64,000 bases of DNA, from NCBI GenBank assembly GCA_034420695.1, contig DAOULB010000006.1:2615-66614 (forward strand), in the 5' to 3' direction. The translations under genes and the position numbers were made by a program. This DNA is from Dehalococcoidia bacterium. GTDB taxonomy: Bacteria > Chloroflexota > Dehalococcoidia > Lucifugimonadales > UBA3495. How positions within the stretch are numbered: position 1 is the stretch's first letter; every line of letters begins with the position of its first letter. The notes beneath the pieces were generated by a model that saw nothing but the letters and a program-made list of their open reading frames with translations, had not been told where the DNA came from and made no database searches. Below are positions 10,063-18,830 of the stretch, one piece after another.

Positions 10063-10446
10063 CTAGGCCGCTATGGACGCGATGAAATCGTCCAACTCAT
10101 CGAGATAGAACGGCATGTCGTCGAAATCTACCACGCCCCCGTAATATCCCTCGACGTGGAAGATTTGCCGCATGTCGTTGAATTGCCTCCTTCTGGTGGG
10201 GTCCAAGACCCTGGTGAGGCTCCGCCACCCCCGGTCGGTCCGGGGCAACTCCTGCTCCGGCGTCCCGTGGAGCAGGAAGTAGGCTTGGGAGGCTTCCAAC
10301 ACTGCCAGCCAACCCTCGCCGCTGGCGTTCTGCAGCCCTATAACCGCCTCCCGGCCCTTGGCCTCTTCGGCCCGGGCGAATTCGTCGCGGGCTGCTTGGG
10401 CCAGTTCCCGGGCGCGGGTGAGGCGGTCCGTTGCTGTAGTTGTCAT
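10063..10446 (-). CDS. small all-helical hypothetical protein (PaREP1/HEPN-like architecture, no canonical Rx4-6H)
   Basis: 127-aa ORF lying between pheS and pheT on the same strand. It shows the pattern ...GEGWLAVLEASQAYFLLHG...RQIFHVEGYYGG... Family assignment is from memory only. Confidence 0.55.
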   Translation of the reverse strand: MTTTATDRLTRARELAQAARDEFARAEEAKGREAVIGLQNASGEGWLAVLEASQAYFLLHGTPEQELPRTDRGWRSLTRVLDPTRRRQFNDMRQIFHVEGYYGGVVDFDDMPFYLDELDDFIASIAA

Positions 10447-10516
10447 GGTTCACGCCTCAAACGTTCCCCGGAACCTGCTGAGGATTGGCTCTGGCGGGAG
10501 AGCGCAAGTGATTGTA

Positions 10517-11575
10517 TCAAAATTGGCGCAAGAATCGCAGGTCGTTGGAAAAGAAGTGGCGGATGTCGTCGATGCCATACTTCAGCATGGCCACCCGCTC
10601 CGGACCGACCCCGAAGGCGAAACCGGTGTATCTTTTGGTGTCATACCCCACGTTGGCCAGCACCTTGGGATGGACCATTCCGGCACCCATTATCTCGATC
10701 CAGCCGCTGTCCCGGCAGATCCGGCAGCCGGTTCCCTCTCCTTCACAGGCGAAACAGTCGATGGAAACGTCCACCCCGGGCTCAACGAATGGGAAGTAGT
10801 CACAGCGGAAACGCACTTGCCGCTGTCCGCCAAACAGCCGGCGGGCAAACTCATACAGTGTCCCCTTCAGGTCGGCAAAAGTGATTCCTTCGTCCACCGC
10901 CAGTCCTTCTATCTGGTGGAAGTGCCACTCGTGGGTGGCGTCGGTGGCCTCGTAACGGTATACCTTGCCGGGCACAACCACCCGGACCGGGGGCTGCATG
11001 CTCTCCATGACCCGTGCCTGCATCGGGGAAGTATGAGTGCGGAGAAGCATTGGATACTCCCCTGCCTCGTTCCGTTGGTCAACCCATAGAGAGTTGAACA
11101 TGTCTCGGGCGGGATGACCGGCGGGGATGTTCAACAACTCGAAGTTGTAGCGGTCCCACTCCACCTCGGGGCCTTCCACCAAGCTGAAGCCCATGCCCAC
11201 AAAGGCATCAGTTATCTCCCGCATTATCTGGGTGGAGGGGTGCAGCCTGCCGGTGAGGGGAGGTCTTCCCGGAAGGGTGATGTCCAAACGGTCCTGGACG
11301 AAGGACTCCTCCATCCGAGCCTGGGAGACCGTCTGCTGCCGTTGTTCCAAGGCCTCTTCCAGCGCCTGCTTGGCCCGGTTTCCCGAGGCGCCTATGGAAC
11401 GGCGTTCCTCCGGTTCCAACTGAGGAATCCCGCGGAGCACCAAGGTGAGCCGGCCCCGGCGTCCCAAGTACTCGACGCGCCACTGTTCCAAGTCCTGGGG
11501 GCTGTCGATGGTTTCCAGTTCTCCGGTTGCTGCCCGGACCAACTCCTCAATGGCTTGCTCAGTGGGTCCATTCAC
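10517..11575 (-). CDS. pheS: phenylalanine--tRNA ligase alpha subunit
   Basis: HPARDM, FRCDYFPFVEPG and GAGMVHPKVL are class II aaRS PheS motifs. GTG start. Confidence 0.95.
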   Translation of the reverse strand: MNGPTEQAIEELVRAATGELETIDSPQDLEQWRVEYLGRRGRLTLVLRGIPQLEPEERRSIGASGNRAKQALEEALEQRQQTVSQARMEESFVQDRLDITLPGRPPLTGRLHPSTQIMREITDAFVGMGFSLVEGPEVEWDRYNFELLNIPAGHPARDMFNSLWVDQRNEAGEYPMLLRTHTSPMQARVMESMQPPVRVVVPGKVYRYEATDATHEWHFHQIEGLAVDEGITFADLKGTLYEFARRLFGGQRQVRFRCDYFPFVEPGVDVSIDCFACEGEGTGCRICRDSGWIEIMGAGMVHPKVLANVGYDTKRYTGFAFGVGPERVAMLKYGIDDIRHFFSNDLRFLRQF

Positions 11576-11636
11576 CTGGGAAGCGCCTCGCGTTCTGGGT
11601 TATAAGAAGTCCATGTGCGTCGATTTCCGTTAGGCC

Positions 11637-11665
11637 ATTATAGAAATGGCGCATCTAGGGGTCAA
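11637..11665 (-). promoter_or_regulatory. near-consensus sigma70 promoter for pheS
   Basis: The minus strand reads TTGACC-17 nt-TATAAT, about 60 nt upstream of the pheS GTG. Confidence 0.55.
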
Positions 11666-11975
11666 GGATACCAGCGGCATCCGAGGCTGCATTAGGGGCG
11701 GATTGGCCTTAATCGGCGCGGCCATCTTAAGGGTCGGACGGCTCGCGCTCTTCTTCCGCCTTCCCTCGCGGGCCAGCAGAGGACGCAACGGAAGCCGGAT
11801 CAGAGCCCCCAAAAGCCCATAAATGAGCACCATCCCTGACCGGTGGAAATTGAAATAGTACAAATGTTCTGATACATTATTGGCAGGGCCGGCTGCTAAG
11901 GCAGTCAATGCTGCCCGGTGTAAATCCAGCCTGTGCTGTTGGACTGCACGCCAATAGTACATTGGGGGGTGACCC

Positions 11976-12308
11976 TTGCTTCACTTGAACCAATTTGCGC
12001 TGAAGGGATGTCCCAAGTGCGGCGGTGACTTGGCGATGGACCAAGGCGACTGGCTGTGCCTGAACTGCGGTTCCTACTACTACTCTAAGCTGTACCGGAA
12101 CATTGTGACTTCAGAGCCGCGCAAGGAATTTCCGGCTTTGGCTGACGACGGGGAAAACGATACAAAAGCCTGGGCACTGGGCCCTGAAACGTCCTTCCGG
12201 TCCTGGACCGAAACGCGTGGCAACGGGCCTGCTATATCCGGGCTTCCTGGGCCAGGTACTTCCTGGGTCATTGGATTATCTCTTCCTGGGACCGCCGTCT
12301 CCTGGTAA
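11976..12308 (+). CDS. small zinc-ribbon protein
   Basis: CPKCGG...17 aa...CLNCG, i.e. two CxxC knuckles near the N-terminus. The stop overlaps the next start (TAATG). The C-terminal two thirds are low complexity. Confidence 0.5.
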   Translation: MLHLNQFALKGCPKCGGDLAMDQGDWLCLNCGSYYYSKLYRNIVTSEPRKEFPALADDGENDTKAWALGPETSFRSWTETRGNGPAISGLPGPGTSWVIGLSLPGTAVSW

Positions 12309-12805
12309 TGGGATCGGCTAATGGCAACTACATGCTGGCCTTGGACGCCGGTCTCGTTGAAACGGGTTGGGCCGTGCTGGACCCGTCCCATGGAGGACTT
12401 CCCCTGGCCACCGGGATAATCAAGGTTCCTTCGTCCCGCAAGTCCTGTGCGAAATACCGGATCAAGGCCCTCTTGCTGGAGTTGGATGAGCTGTCCGAGC
12501 AGTGGATGCCCGGGGTCCTGGTGCACACCCGTCCCACCCGGATCAGATGGCCGGTGCCGGCATTGAATCTTTTGGAAGAACGGCTTCGACATTGGGCCAA
12601 TGCCCGGGGCATAGACCTGTGCGCCTATCCCGCCCAACAGGTCTGGACTGCCATTGGCGGCAGTCCAAGCTCCTCCAAGAATGACTTGGCCTATGCGGTT
12701 ATGGAGCGGCTGGAGCTGATCGGACGGAGCAAGTCGTCCCGCGAGTGGGAAGCCGTGGCGGTGGGATATTTCCACTTGCTACAGGGGGCGCCGGTCCAGC
12801 CGTAA
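12308..12805 (+). CDS. RuvC-like (RNase H fold) protein with non-canonical catalytic positions
   Basis: MLALDAGLVETGWAVL aligns with the RuvC IxGIDPGxxxxG motif, and the length and spacing are RuvC-like. The expected Glu (VEEQF) reads VHTRPT. The C-terminal H/DxxD region reads REWEAVAVGY. Confidence 0.55.
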   Translation: MGSANGNYMLALDAGLVETGWAVLDPSHGGLPLATGIIKVPSSRKSCAKYRIKALLLELDELSEQWMPGVLVHTRPTRIRWPVPALNLLEERLRHWANARGIDLCAYPAQQVWTAIGGSPSSSKNDLAYAVMERLELIGRSKSSREWEAVAVGYFHLLQGAPVQP

Positions 12806-12937
12806 TTACCCTGGAACCACGGTCCGGCTCGCCGTGTATAATGACGGAGTCACGGTCGTGACCCGGGGCTCCCCGCGTACCATCCCATCTCCCAACTCAA
12901 TCCGGCCAGAACGGCCTCCCCGCAAAAAGGATGTTCC

Positions 12938-13294
12938 ATGCCTATTATCCAGCGGCCCTACGTGCCACCCGAAGACCAAGTACCCCAAGAGGAAAGCTAC
13001 CACAATCCCGGAGACACCCAGGGCGGCGAGGACCGCTCCGGCGACCCTATCACCTTCTATTGCGATTCCATGCACATATTCAGCAGCCTCTATTCCGCCG
13101 TCCTGTTTTTCGGTGAACAGATGGAGGAGCGGGAGCCCATCCTCCGGGCCCGGATCAAGGTCAGCCCCCAGATGCTCAAGGCAATTGCCCTGTTGACCAG
13201 CAAGCACGTGCGGGAGTACGAGGAAGCCGTGGGCCCCATCACCCTTCCGGAGCAGGTATATGCCGCTTGGGAATTGGACGATAAGGCGGAGTAG
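12938..13294 (+). CDS. DUF3467-like protein
   Basis: The C-terminal half ...SAVLFFGEQ...ILRARIKVSPQMLKAIALLTSKHVREYEEAVGPI matches the DUF3467 pattern (hVRVvhSPxhAKxLxxxLxxNlxxYExxFGxI) as I remember it. The start is uncertain. Confidence 0.55.
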   Translation: MPIIQRPYVPPEDQVPQEESYHNPGDTQGGEDRSGDPITFYCDSMHIFSSLYSAVLFFGEQMEEREPILRARIKVSPQMLKAIALLTSKHVREYEEAVGPITLPEQVYAAWELDDKAE

Positions 13295-13299
13295 CCGAA

Positions 13300-13803
13300 A
13301 TGGCCGCGAATGAAGATCGTACGTTGGCTGAAGACCTAGCCTGCCCGGTGGAGATTCAGCCGGGGATGGACGAGGCCACTCCCCCAGGCTGGCAGTGGCG
13401 TCGCATCAGTACCAGCCTGCCCAACAAGGCCACCTTCCACATCAACCACAGCGACGTGGGCCGGGTGCTGGTAGACGCCCTGCGCCCCTCCGATTCGGCC
13501 CCCGACGCTCCTTTCGGCGTGGCCAAGGATATACCCATCATCATCCTGGACAGCCTGGACCTGTATTGGGCCGGGGAGTCCCGCACCAAGCTCCCCTTGG
13601 AGGGCACCAGGGTACCCGTCTCCGACGAGACTATAGCCGGCTCAAAGCGGGCCCTAGCCAGGGACCTGGCCGCACAGCTCCGCCTGCTGTTGCTGCTGTC
13701 AAGTTCCCGCGAGGGAAGAATAGCCCCCCAACTCCGCGCCAACCTGGAATACCTGCAGTCGGTCCTCGGCCCCAAGGAGGAGGAGGCGAGGGAAGGGCAG
13801 TAG
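13300..13803 (+). CDS. hypothetical protein
   Basis: 167-aa ORF starting 6 nt after the previous gene. No motif recognised. Confidence 0.45.
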   Translation: MAANEDRTLAEDLACPVEIQPGMDEATPPGWQWRRISTSLPNKATFHINHSDVGRVLVDALRPSDSAPDAPFGVAKDIPIIILDSLDLYWAGESRTKLPLEGTRVPVSDETIAGSKRALARDLAAQLRLLLLLSSSREGRIAPQLRANLEYLQSVLGPKEEEAREGQ

Positions 13804-13875
13804 GGGAACGGAACCGGGTTCCCTAAGACACTTCGGATCTGGAGTGCGAATTTGAACAGAGGGATGAAGGCGTAG

Positions 13876-14082
13876 ATGTCCACCGGAGACCGGTTAAATG
13901 CAGTCGAAGAGAGCCTGCAACTCGTCATAGAAGGCGTGCGAGCCTTGAACGAGCACCAAAGGGTAACGGCAGAAGCCTTCAGGGAGTCGGTTCGACTGAT
14001 TTCAGTGCAGATGGAGCGCCTGGAAGAACATCAAGCGGAAACCGATGAGGTTGTGAACAGGATACTCCGGCATCTTATGTAG
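13876..14082 (+). CDS. small coiled-coil hypothetical protein
   Basis: 68-aa ORF with heptad-like Glu/Leu/Arg-rich composition. Confidence 0.35.
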   Translation: MSTGDRLNAVEESLQLVIEGVRALNEHQRVTAEAFRESVRLISVQMERLEEHQAETDEVVNRILRHLM

Positions 14083-14236
14083 CGGAGCGACAACGGCAAC
14101 CGGGAATAGCCGCCGGAGTTGGTGGTGGTCATCACTACAGGAATGGAACTGCCCCAGCGCCGCAACTACTACGCGGGCTGGGATTCGCAAACGGAAAAAG
14201 CGTGGTGGGCCGAGCAGGCGACTAAAGGAAGCCCCT

Positions 14237-15955
14237 TCACGCGCCCAGCAGGCGCTGCACTTCCTTGGCCGCATCGGCAATCGGCGCCAGCGCGGCCTCG
14301 GCTTCCCGGCGGGCCTTGATTTCAACGGCGCCCTGACGCAGGTTCCGGGGGCTCATCACCAACCGTACAGGTATACCCAGCAGGTCGGCATCGTTCAGTT
14401 TGACGCCGGCGGTCTGGTCGGGGCGGTCGTCGTATAGGGTCTCAATCCCCTGGTCCCACAGCCCGGTATACAGTGCTTCAGCGGCTTGGGCAACCTCCGG
14501 TTGCGCCAAGTTCAGCCCCACCAAGTGAGCTTGGTAGGGGGCGATGGGCGCGGGGAAAACGATGCCCCTCTCGTCGTTGTTCTGCTCCACGGCCGCCGCC
14601 AGCAGCCTGCCGATGCCGATGCCATAGCACCCCATGATGATGGGCTGCTGCCGCCCTTCCTGGTCCAGGAAGTTGGCGCCCAGGGCTTCGCTGAAGAAGG
14701 TGCCCAGCTTGAAGATGTGACCCACCTCTATGCCCCGGGTGGACTCCAGCCCTTGGCCGCAGTTGGGGCAGAGCCCGCCGGGCTGGGCCAAAGCGATGTC
14801 GGCCATGACGTCCACCTGGAAGTCCCTGGGATAGTTGGCCCCCAGCAGGTGGGTATCCGGCTTGTTGGCCCCGACGACGAAGTTGGCCCCCTTGGTCACC
14901 GAGTTGTCCGCCACTCTCTGCATGTTGGTGATGCCAATTCCCGAGGCCGAGCCCGCCACCAAGCCGGCGGCGGCTACTTCCTCTTCGCTGGCAAACCGGA
15001 GTTCGTTCACGTGGAGAGTGTTCTTGAGCTTGACTTCGTTGACTTCCAAGTCTCCCCGGATGGTCACAAAGGTCATTTCGCCGTCGGCCATATAGAAGAC
15101 GGCCTTCAGGGTCTTCTCCGGTGGCACGTTCAGGAAATCGCACAGGTCGGCGATGGTCTTGAGCCCTGGAGTGCTGACTTCCTCGAGGGACTTTTCGTCC
15201 TCGGCGGGAACATCCGGGATCCGGGCCTCGGCCTTTTCCGAATTGGCGGTGTAGCCGCACCCGGGGCAGTGGATGACCGTGTCCTCCCCTGCGCTGGTGG
15301 GAAGCAGGAATTCGTGGGAGTCCTTGCCGCCGATGGCCCCGCTGTCGGCTTCGGCCATCAGGACGGGAAGGCCGCAGCGGCGGTAGATGTTGCGGTAGGC
15401 TTGGGCCATGGCTTGGTAGGTGCGGTCCAAAGACTCCTCATCACTGTCAAAGCTGTAGGCGTCCTTCATTGTGAATTCCCGCACCCGGATGAGCCCGGCC
15501 CGCGGCCTGGGCTCGTCGCGGAATTTGGTCTGGAACTGGTACAGGATTACGGGCAGGTCGCGGTAGCTCTGGACGTTGGCCCTAACGATGTTGGTAACCA
15601 CCTCTTCGTGGGTGGGGGCCAGCACCATGGGGCGGCCCCGGCGGTCCTGCAGCGAGAAAAGGTTCTCGCCGAAGGCGGCGGCGCGGCCGGTCTCGTCCCA
15701 CAGTTCCCGGGGATGCAGCGCCGGCATGGAGATTTCCTGCCCCCCGGCGGCGTCTATCTCTTCCCGGACGATGTTCTCTATCTTGCGCAGGGAGCGCCAA
15801 GCCAAGGGCAGCGAGGCATAGACCCCGGCGGCCACTTGGTGGATGAAGCCTGCCCGGAGCATCAGCCGGTGGCTGACGGCTTCGCTTTCTGCCTCACCTT
15901 CGGCGCCGGTCAAACCCTCCCTTAGGGTCCGGGTGGCGAGCTTGGTGAACTTCAT
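14237..15955 (-). CDS. proS: proline--tRNA ligase (bacterial type with INS domain)
   Basis: 572 aa with FRDEPRPRAGLIRVREFTMKDAYSF and HIFKLGTFFSE class II motifs. Confidence 0.95.
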   Translation of the reverse strand: MKFTKLATRTLREGLTGAEGEAESEAVSHRLMLRAGFIHQVAAGVYASLPLAWRSLRKIENIVREEIDAAGGQEISMPALHPRELWDETGRAAAFGENLFSLQDRRGRPMVLAPTHEEVVTNIVRANVQSYRDLPVILYQFQTKFRDEPRPRAGLIRVREFTMKDAYSFDSDEESLDRTYQAMAQAYRNIYRRCGLPVLMAEADSGAIGGKDSHEFLLPTSAGEDTVIHCPGCGYTANSEKAEARIPDVPAEDEKSLEEVSTPGLKTIADLCDFLNVPPEKTLKAVFYMADGEMTFVTIRGDLEVNEVKLKNTLHVNELRFASEEEVAAAGLVAGSASGIGITNMQRVADNSVTKGANFVVGANKPDTHLLGANYPRDFQVDVMADIALAQPGGLCPNCGQGLESTRGIEVGHIFKLGTFFSEALGANFLDQEGRQQPIIMGCYGIGIGRLLAAAVEQNNDERGIVFPAPIAPYQAHLVGLNLAQPEVAQAAEALYTGLWDQGIETLYDDRPDQTAGVKLNDADLLGIPVRLVMSPRNLRQGAVEIKARREAEAALAPIADAAKEVQRLLGA

Positions 15956-17085
15956 GCTACGGGAGTATTCTCCACCTCTTCCATCAGGGCCGGAAGCATC
16001 TCCTCCGCGGTTACCACCCGCACCTTTTCCCCTTTGCGGAATATCACCGCCCGGCCGGCTCCGGCGGCAATGCCAACGTCGGCGTCCTTGGCTTCCCCGG
16101 GGCCGTTGACCTCGCAGCCCATCACCGCCACCGACACCTCCTTGTCGTTCTTCTTCAGGAGGGCGTCCACTTGGTTGGCCAGCTTAACCACGTCCACGTC
16201 GGCCCTGCCGCAACTGGGGCAGGCCACCAGGATGGCCCCCTTGCGGCGCAGGTTCAGGGACTTGAGAATTTCGTAACCGGCGGCCACTTCGTCCAGCGAG
16301 TCGCCGCTGAGAGACACCCGGATGGTATCGCCAATGCCTTGGTACAGCAGCAGGGACAAGCCCACCGCGGTGCGAATCGAACCCGCCTGGAGGGTGCCCG
16401 CCTCGGTGATTCCCAAGTGCAGTGGGTAGGGGACCATTTCCGCCAAGCGGGAATAGGCATCTACGGTGGTGGGAACGTCGAAGGCTTTCATGGAAATCTT
16501 GATCTGGTCGAAGTCCTGGGCTTCCAGGAGGCTAATCTCCCAGAGGGCGGTGGCCACCATGTGGTCCACGACGCTGTAGTCGCCTTCCCCGGCCTCCCCG
16601 GCCTTCGGCAGCTTATTCACCAAGTCCATGTGCCGGGAGAAGCCCCGGGTGCGTCCAATGCCGCCCACGGGAGGGAGGCTGCCGAAATTCACGCCTATTC
16701 GTATCGGTATGTTCCTTTCCTTGGCGGCGGCCACAACCTGCTTGACCTGCTCCTCATCCCGCAGGTTGCCGGGGTTCAAGCGCAGGCAGTCCACTCCGCC
16801 TTTGGCGCACTCCAAGGCCAGTTGGTAGTGGAAGTGGATGTCTGCTACCAAAGGAATGCGAATCTGCTTCTTGATTTCGCCCATCGCCTTGGCGGCTTCC
16901 ATGTCGGGGACCGCACTGCGGATGATTTCGCAGCCGGCGTCTTCCAGTTCGTGTATCTGCCGGACTGTGGCTGCTACGTCCCGGGTGTCGGTCTTGGTCA
17001 TGGACTGCACCGTGATGTCGGCGCCGCCGCCTACCTTGACGTCACCCACGTACACCGGCTTGGTGGGCCTACGTTTGATGGTCAC
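15952..17085 (-). CDS. ispG: 4-hydroxy-3-methylbut-2-en-1-yl diphosphate synthase
   Basis: VTIKRRPTKPVYVGDVKVGG...VQSMTKTDT...CPSCGR. I place the start at GTG 17085, preceded by GAGAGGTG. The longer track ORF to 17322 would overlap rseP. Confidence 0.9.
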   Translation of the reverse strand: MTIKRRPTKPVYVGDVKVGGGADITVQSMTKTDTRDVAATVRQIHELEDAGCEIIRSAVPDMEAAKAMGEIKKQIRIPLVADIHFHYQLALECAKGGVDCLRLNPGNLRDEEQVKQVVAAAKERNIPIRIGVNFGSLPPVGGIGRTRGFSRHMDLVNKLPKAGEAGEGDYSVVDHMVATALWEISLLEAQDFDQIKISMKAFDVPTTVDAYSRLAEMVPYPLHLGITEAGTLQAGSIRTAVGLSLLLYQGIGDTIRVSLSGDSLDEVAAGYEILKSLNLRRKGAILVACPSCGRADVDVVKLANQVDALLKKNDKEVSVAVMGCEVNGPGEAKDADVGIAAGAGRAVIFRKGEKVRVVTAEEMLPALMEEVENTPVA

Positions 17086-17192
17086 TGTATAGCACCTCTC
17101 AACACCGGGTGTGGTATTGCTGGATATTATACGACACGGAGACAGAGGGGCCGGCAAGAAGGGACTTGCGATTGGGAAAGTCTTGCTCTGTA

Positions 17193-18791
17193 TCAGCCGG
17201 GCAGCAACTGGCGGATGTCGTTGGCCGTGATGAGCAGGATGCCGGCAATGAGCACCACGAACCCGATCAGATGCACCAGCCCTTCCCTTTCCGGGGGTAC
17301 CCGGCGCCCCCGCCTCAGCCATTCCAGCACCACGAACACCAAGCGGCCGCCGTCCAGCATGGGGATCGGCAGGATGTTGATGATGGCCAAGTTGACGCTC
17401 AGGAGGATCGTGATAACCAGCCAGCCGGTGAAGCCACCTTCCCGGGTGAATTCACCGGCCACCTTGGCGATGCCCACCGGCCCGGCAACTTGGGGGGCGT
17501 TGCCCGATGATATTGCCCCCATCAGGCCCTGCTTGACCAGCACCAGCAGTTCCCATGTGCTGACGAAGCTGGCGGGAACTGCCGACCAGAGGGGCTCGGA
17601 CCTGGTCTCCTCACGGGCGTTTACCAGCCTGGTGGTTGCCCCGGTGAGCCACTGTTGTGCATCCGGCTGCTCGAATGCCGGTGTGACCCGGACCGTCCGT
17701 TGCTGGCCGGACTGCTCCAGCACCCATTCCATTTCGGAGCCTTGGTTAAGGGCTATGGCCCCGGTCAATTGACCGATGGCCGAAATCGACCTTTCCCCGG
17801 CGGCAACCACCGAGTCCCCCTCCCGGATGCCGGCGGCTGACGCCGGGGAACCCGGGGCGACTTGGACGACTACCACCCGGCCCTCTTGCTCCACGATGTT
17901 GATTCCCACCAGCCAGCGCCCCTCGGGGACGCCGAACTCCGGCTCGATTATAGCCCGTTCCTGCACTCCGTTACGCAGCAGCAGCCATTCCATGGCCGAG
18001 CCGCCGTTCAGATTTACCAAGCGGGCCAAGTCGGGGACGGCTTCTATTTTTTCGCCGCTGGCCGACAGCACTATGTCCCCCGGCAACAGCCCGGCGGCCT
18101 CGGCCGGCGATGCTTGAGAAACTTCCGTGACCTGCACCTGCCCCACCACGACGCTCTGGGGGACCATGAACAGGATGGTGAAGATGACCAGCGGGAGAAT
18201 GGCGTTCATCAGGGAGCCTGCTGCCAAGACTACGATCCTGGTGCCGGCGCCCTTGCCGGCCAGGCTGCGGGGAACGTTGGGATTGTTCTCACCGGCCAAC
18301 CGGACGAACCCGCCCAAGGGCGCCCAGTTTAGAGAGTAGAGCAAATCGGCCAAGATAAACGACCCGCCGTCCATGTCCCGGATCTTGCCTTCGTGCCTGA
18401 GCAGGTCTTCCGATCCGGCGTTTTCTTCTATGGAAGCGGGCTGTTCCTGGGGTTCCTGGCGGTTGCGCTTCAACAGGGAACGGGAAGGCACAACCTCCAC
18501 GTAGCGGGCCACCAAGTTTCCGTGAATGTCTTCACTGGAACTGACCCGGACCAGCTGTCCTTTGGCCAACTCCAAGCTGCTGGAAACACCGCTGAAGCTG
18601 GTGGAAGGGTCCAGCAGCACCCTGGTACGTCCGGTGTAAAGCACCAGGGCCCTGGGCGGAAAGCCAATTCCGAACTCCAGGACCTTGACGCCCATGGCCC
18701 GGGCCGTGGCAAAGTGGCCCAACTCGTGCACCACCACCAGGAACACGAGCATGGGGACAATTGCGCCGATGGCTATCAGGACGGTTTCCAT
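17193..18791 (-). CDS. rseP: RIP metalloprotease RseP (M50 with PDZ domains)
   Basis: It has HELGHFATA near the N-terminus, central PDZ-like repeats and NLAIINILPIPMLDGG near the C-terminus. Confidence 0.9.
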   Translation of the reverse strand: METVLIAIGAIVPMLVFLVVVHELGHFATARAMGVKVLEFGIGFPPRALVLYTGRTRVLLDPSTSFSGVSSSLELAKGQLVRVSSSEDIHGNLVARYVEVVPSRSLLKRNRQEPQEQPASIEENAGSEDLLRHEGKIRDMDGGSFILADLLYSLNWAPLGGFVRLAGENNPNVPRSLAGKGAGTRIVVLAAGSLMNAILPLVIFTILFMVPQSVVVGQVQVTEVSQASPAEAAGLLPGDIVLSASGEKIEAVPDLARLVNLNGGSAMEWLLLRNGVQERAIIEPEFGVPEGRWLVGINIVEQEGRVVVVQVAPGSPASAAGIREGDSVVAAGERSISAIGQLTGAIALNQGSEMEWVLEQSGQQRTVRVTPAFEQPDAQQWLTGATTRLVNAREETRSEPLWSAVPASFVSTWELLVLVKQGLMGAISSGNAPQVAGPVGIAKVAGEFTREGGFTGWLVITILLSVNLAIINILPIPMLDGGRLVFVVLEWLRRGRRVPPEREGLVHLIGFVVLIAGILLITANDIRQLLPG

Positions 18792-18830
18792 GTTTAGTCA
18801 AGCTGCGGCCGGGCCGTTGAACGGCGGCTG

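Noticed and set aside
11576-11975. T-box leader for pheS
   Set aside because: A near-consensus promoter sits only ~60 nt from the start codon. I could not find a specifier loop with UUC, a T-box (GGUGGUACCGCG) or a terminator/antiterminator pair.
12806-13207. 133-aa minus-strand ORF opposite the DUF3467 gene
   Set aside because: The plus-strand frame gives the recognisable DUF3467 C-terminal pattern. The minus-strand translation has no motif and looks like an antisense artefact.
14486-15925. 479-aa plus-strand ORF
   Set aside because: It is fully antisense to proS, which has unmistakable class II aaRS motifs. The translation is Gly/Ala/Pro/Val-rich junk typical of high-GC antisense frames.
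17086-17322. N-terminal 79-codon extension of the ispG ORF
   Set aside because: It would overlap the rseP 3' end. The extension is Arg/Pro/His-rich junk. A GTG with an SD precedes the conserved IspG N-terminus at 17085.
16171-17772. 533-aa plus-strand ORF
   Set aside because: It is antisense to ispG and rseP and has no motifs. It is the same high-GC artefact.
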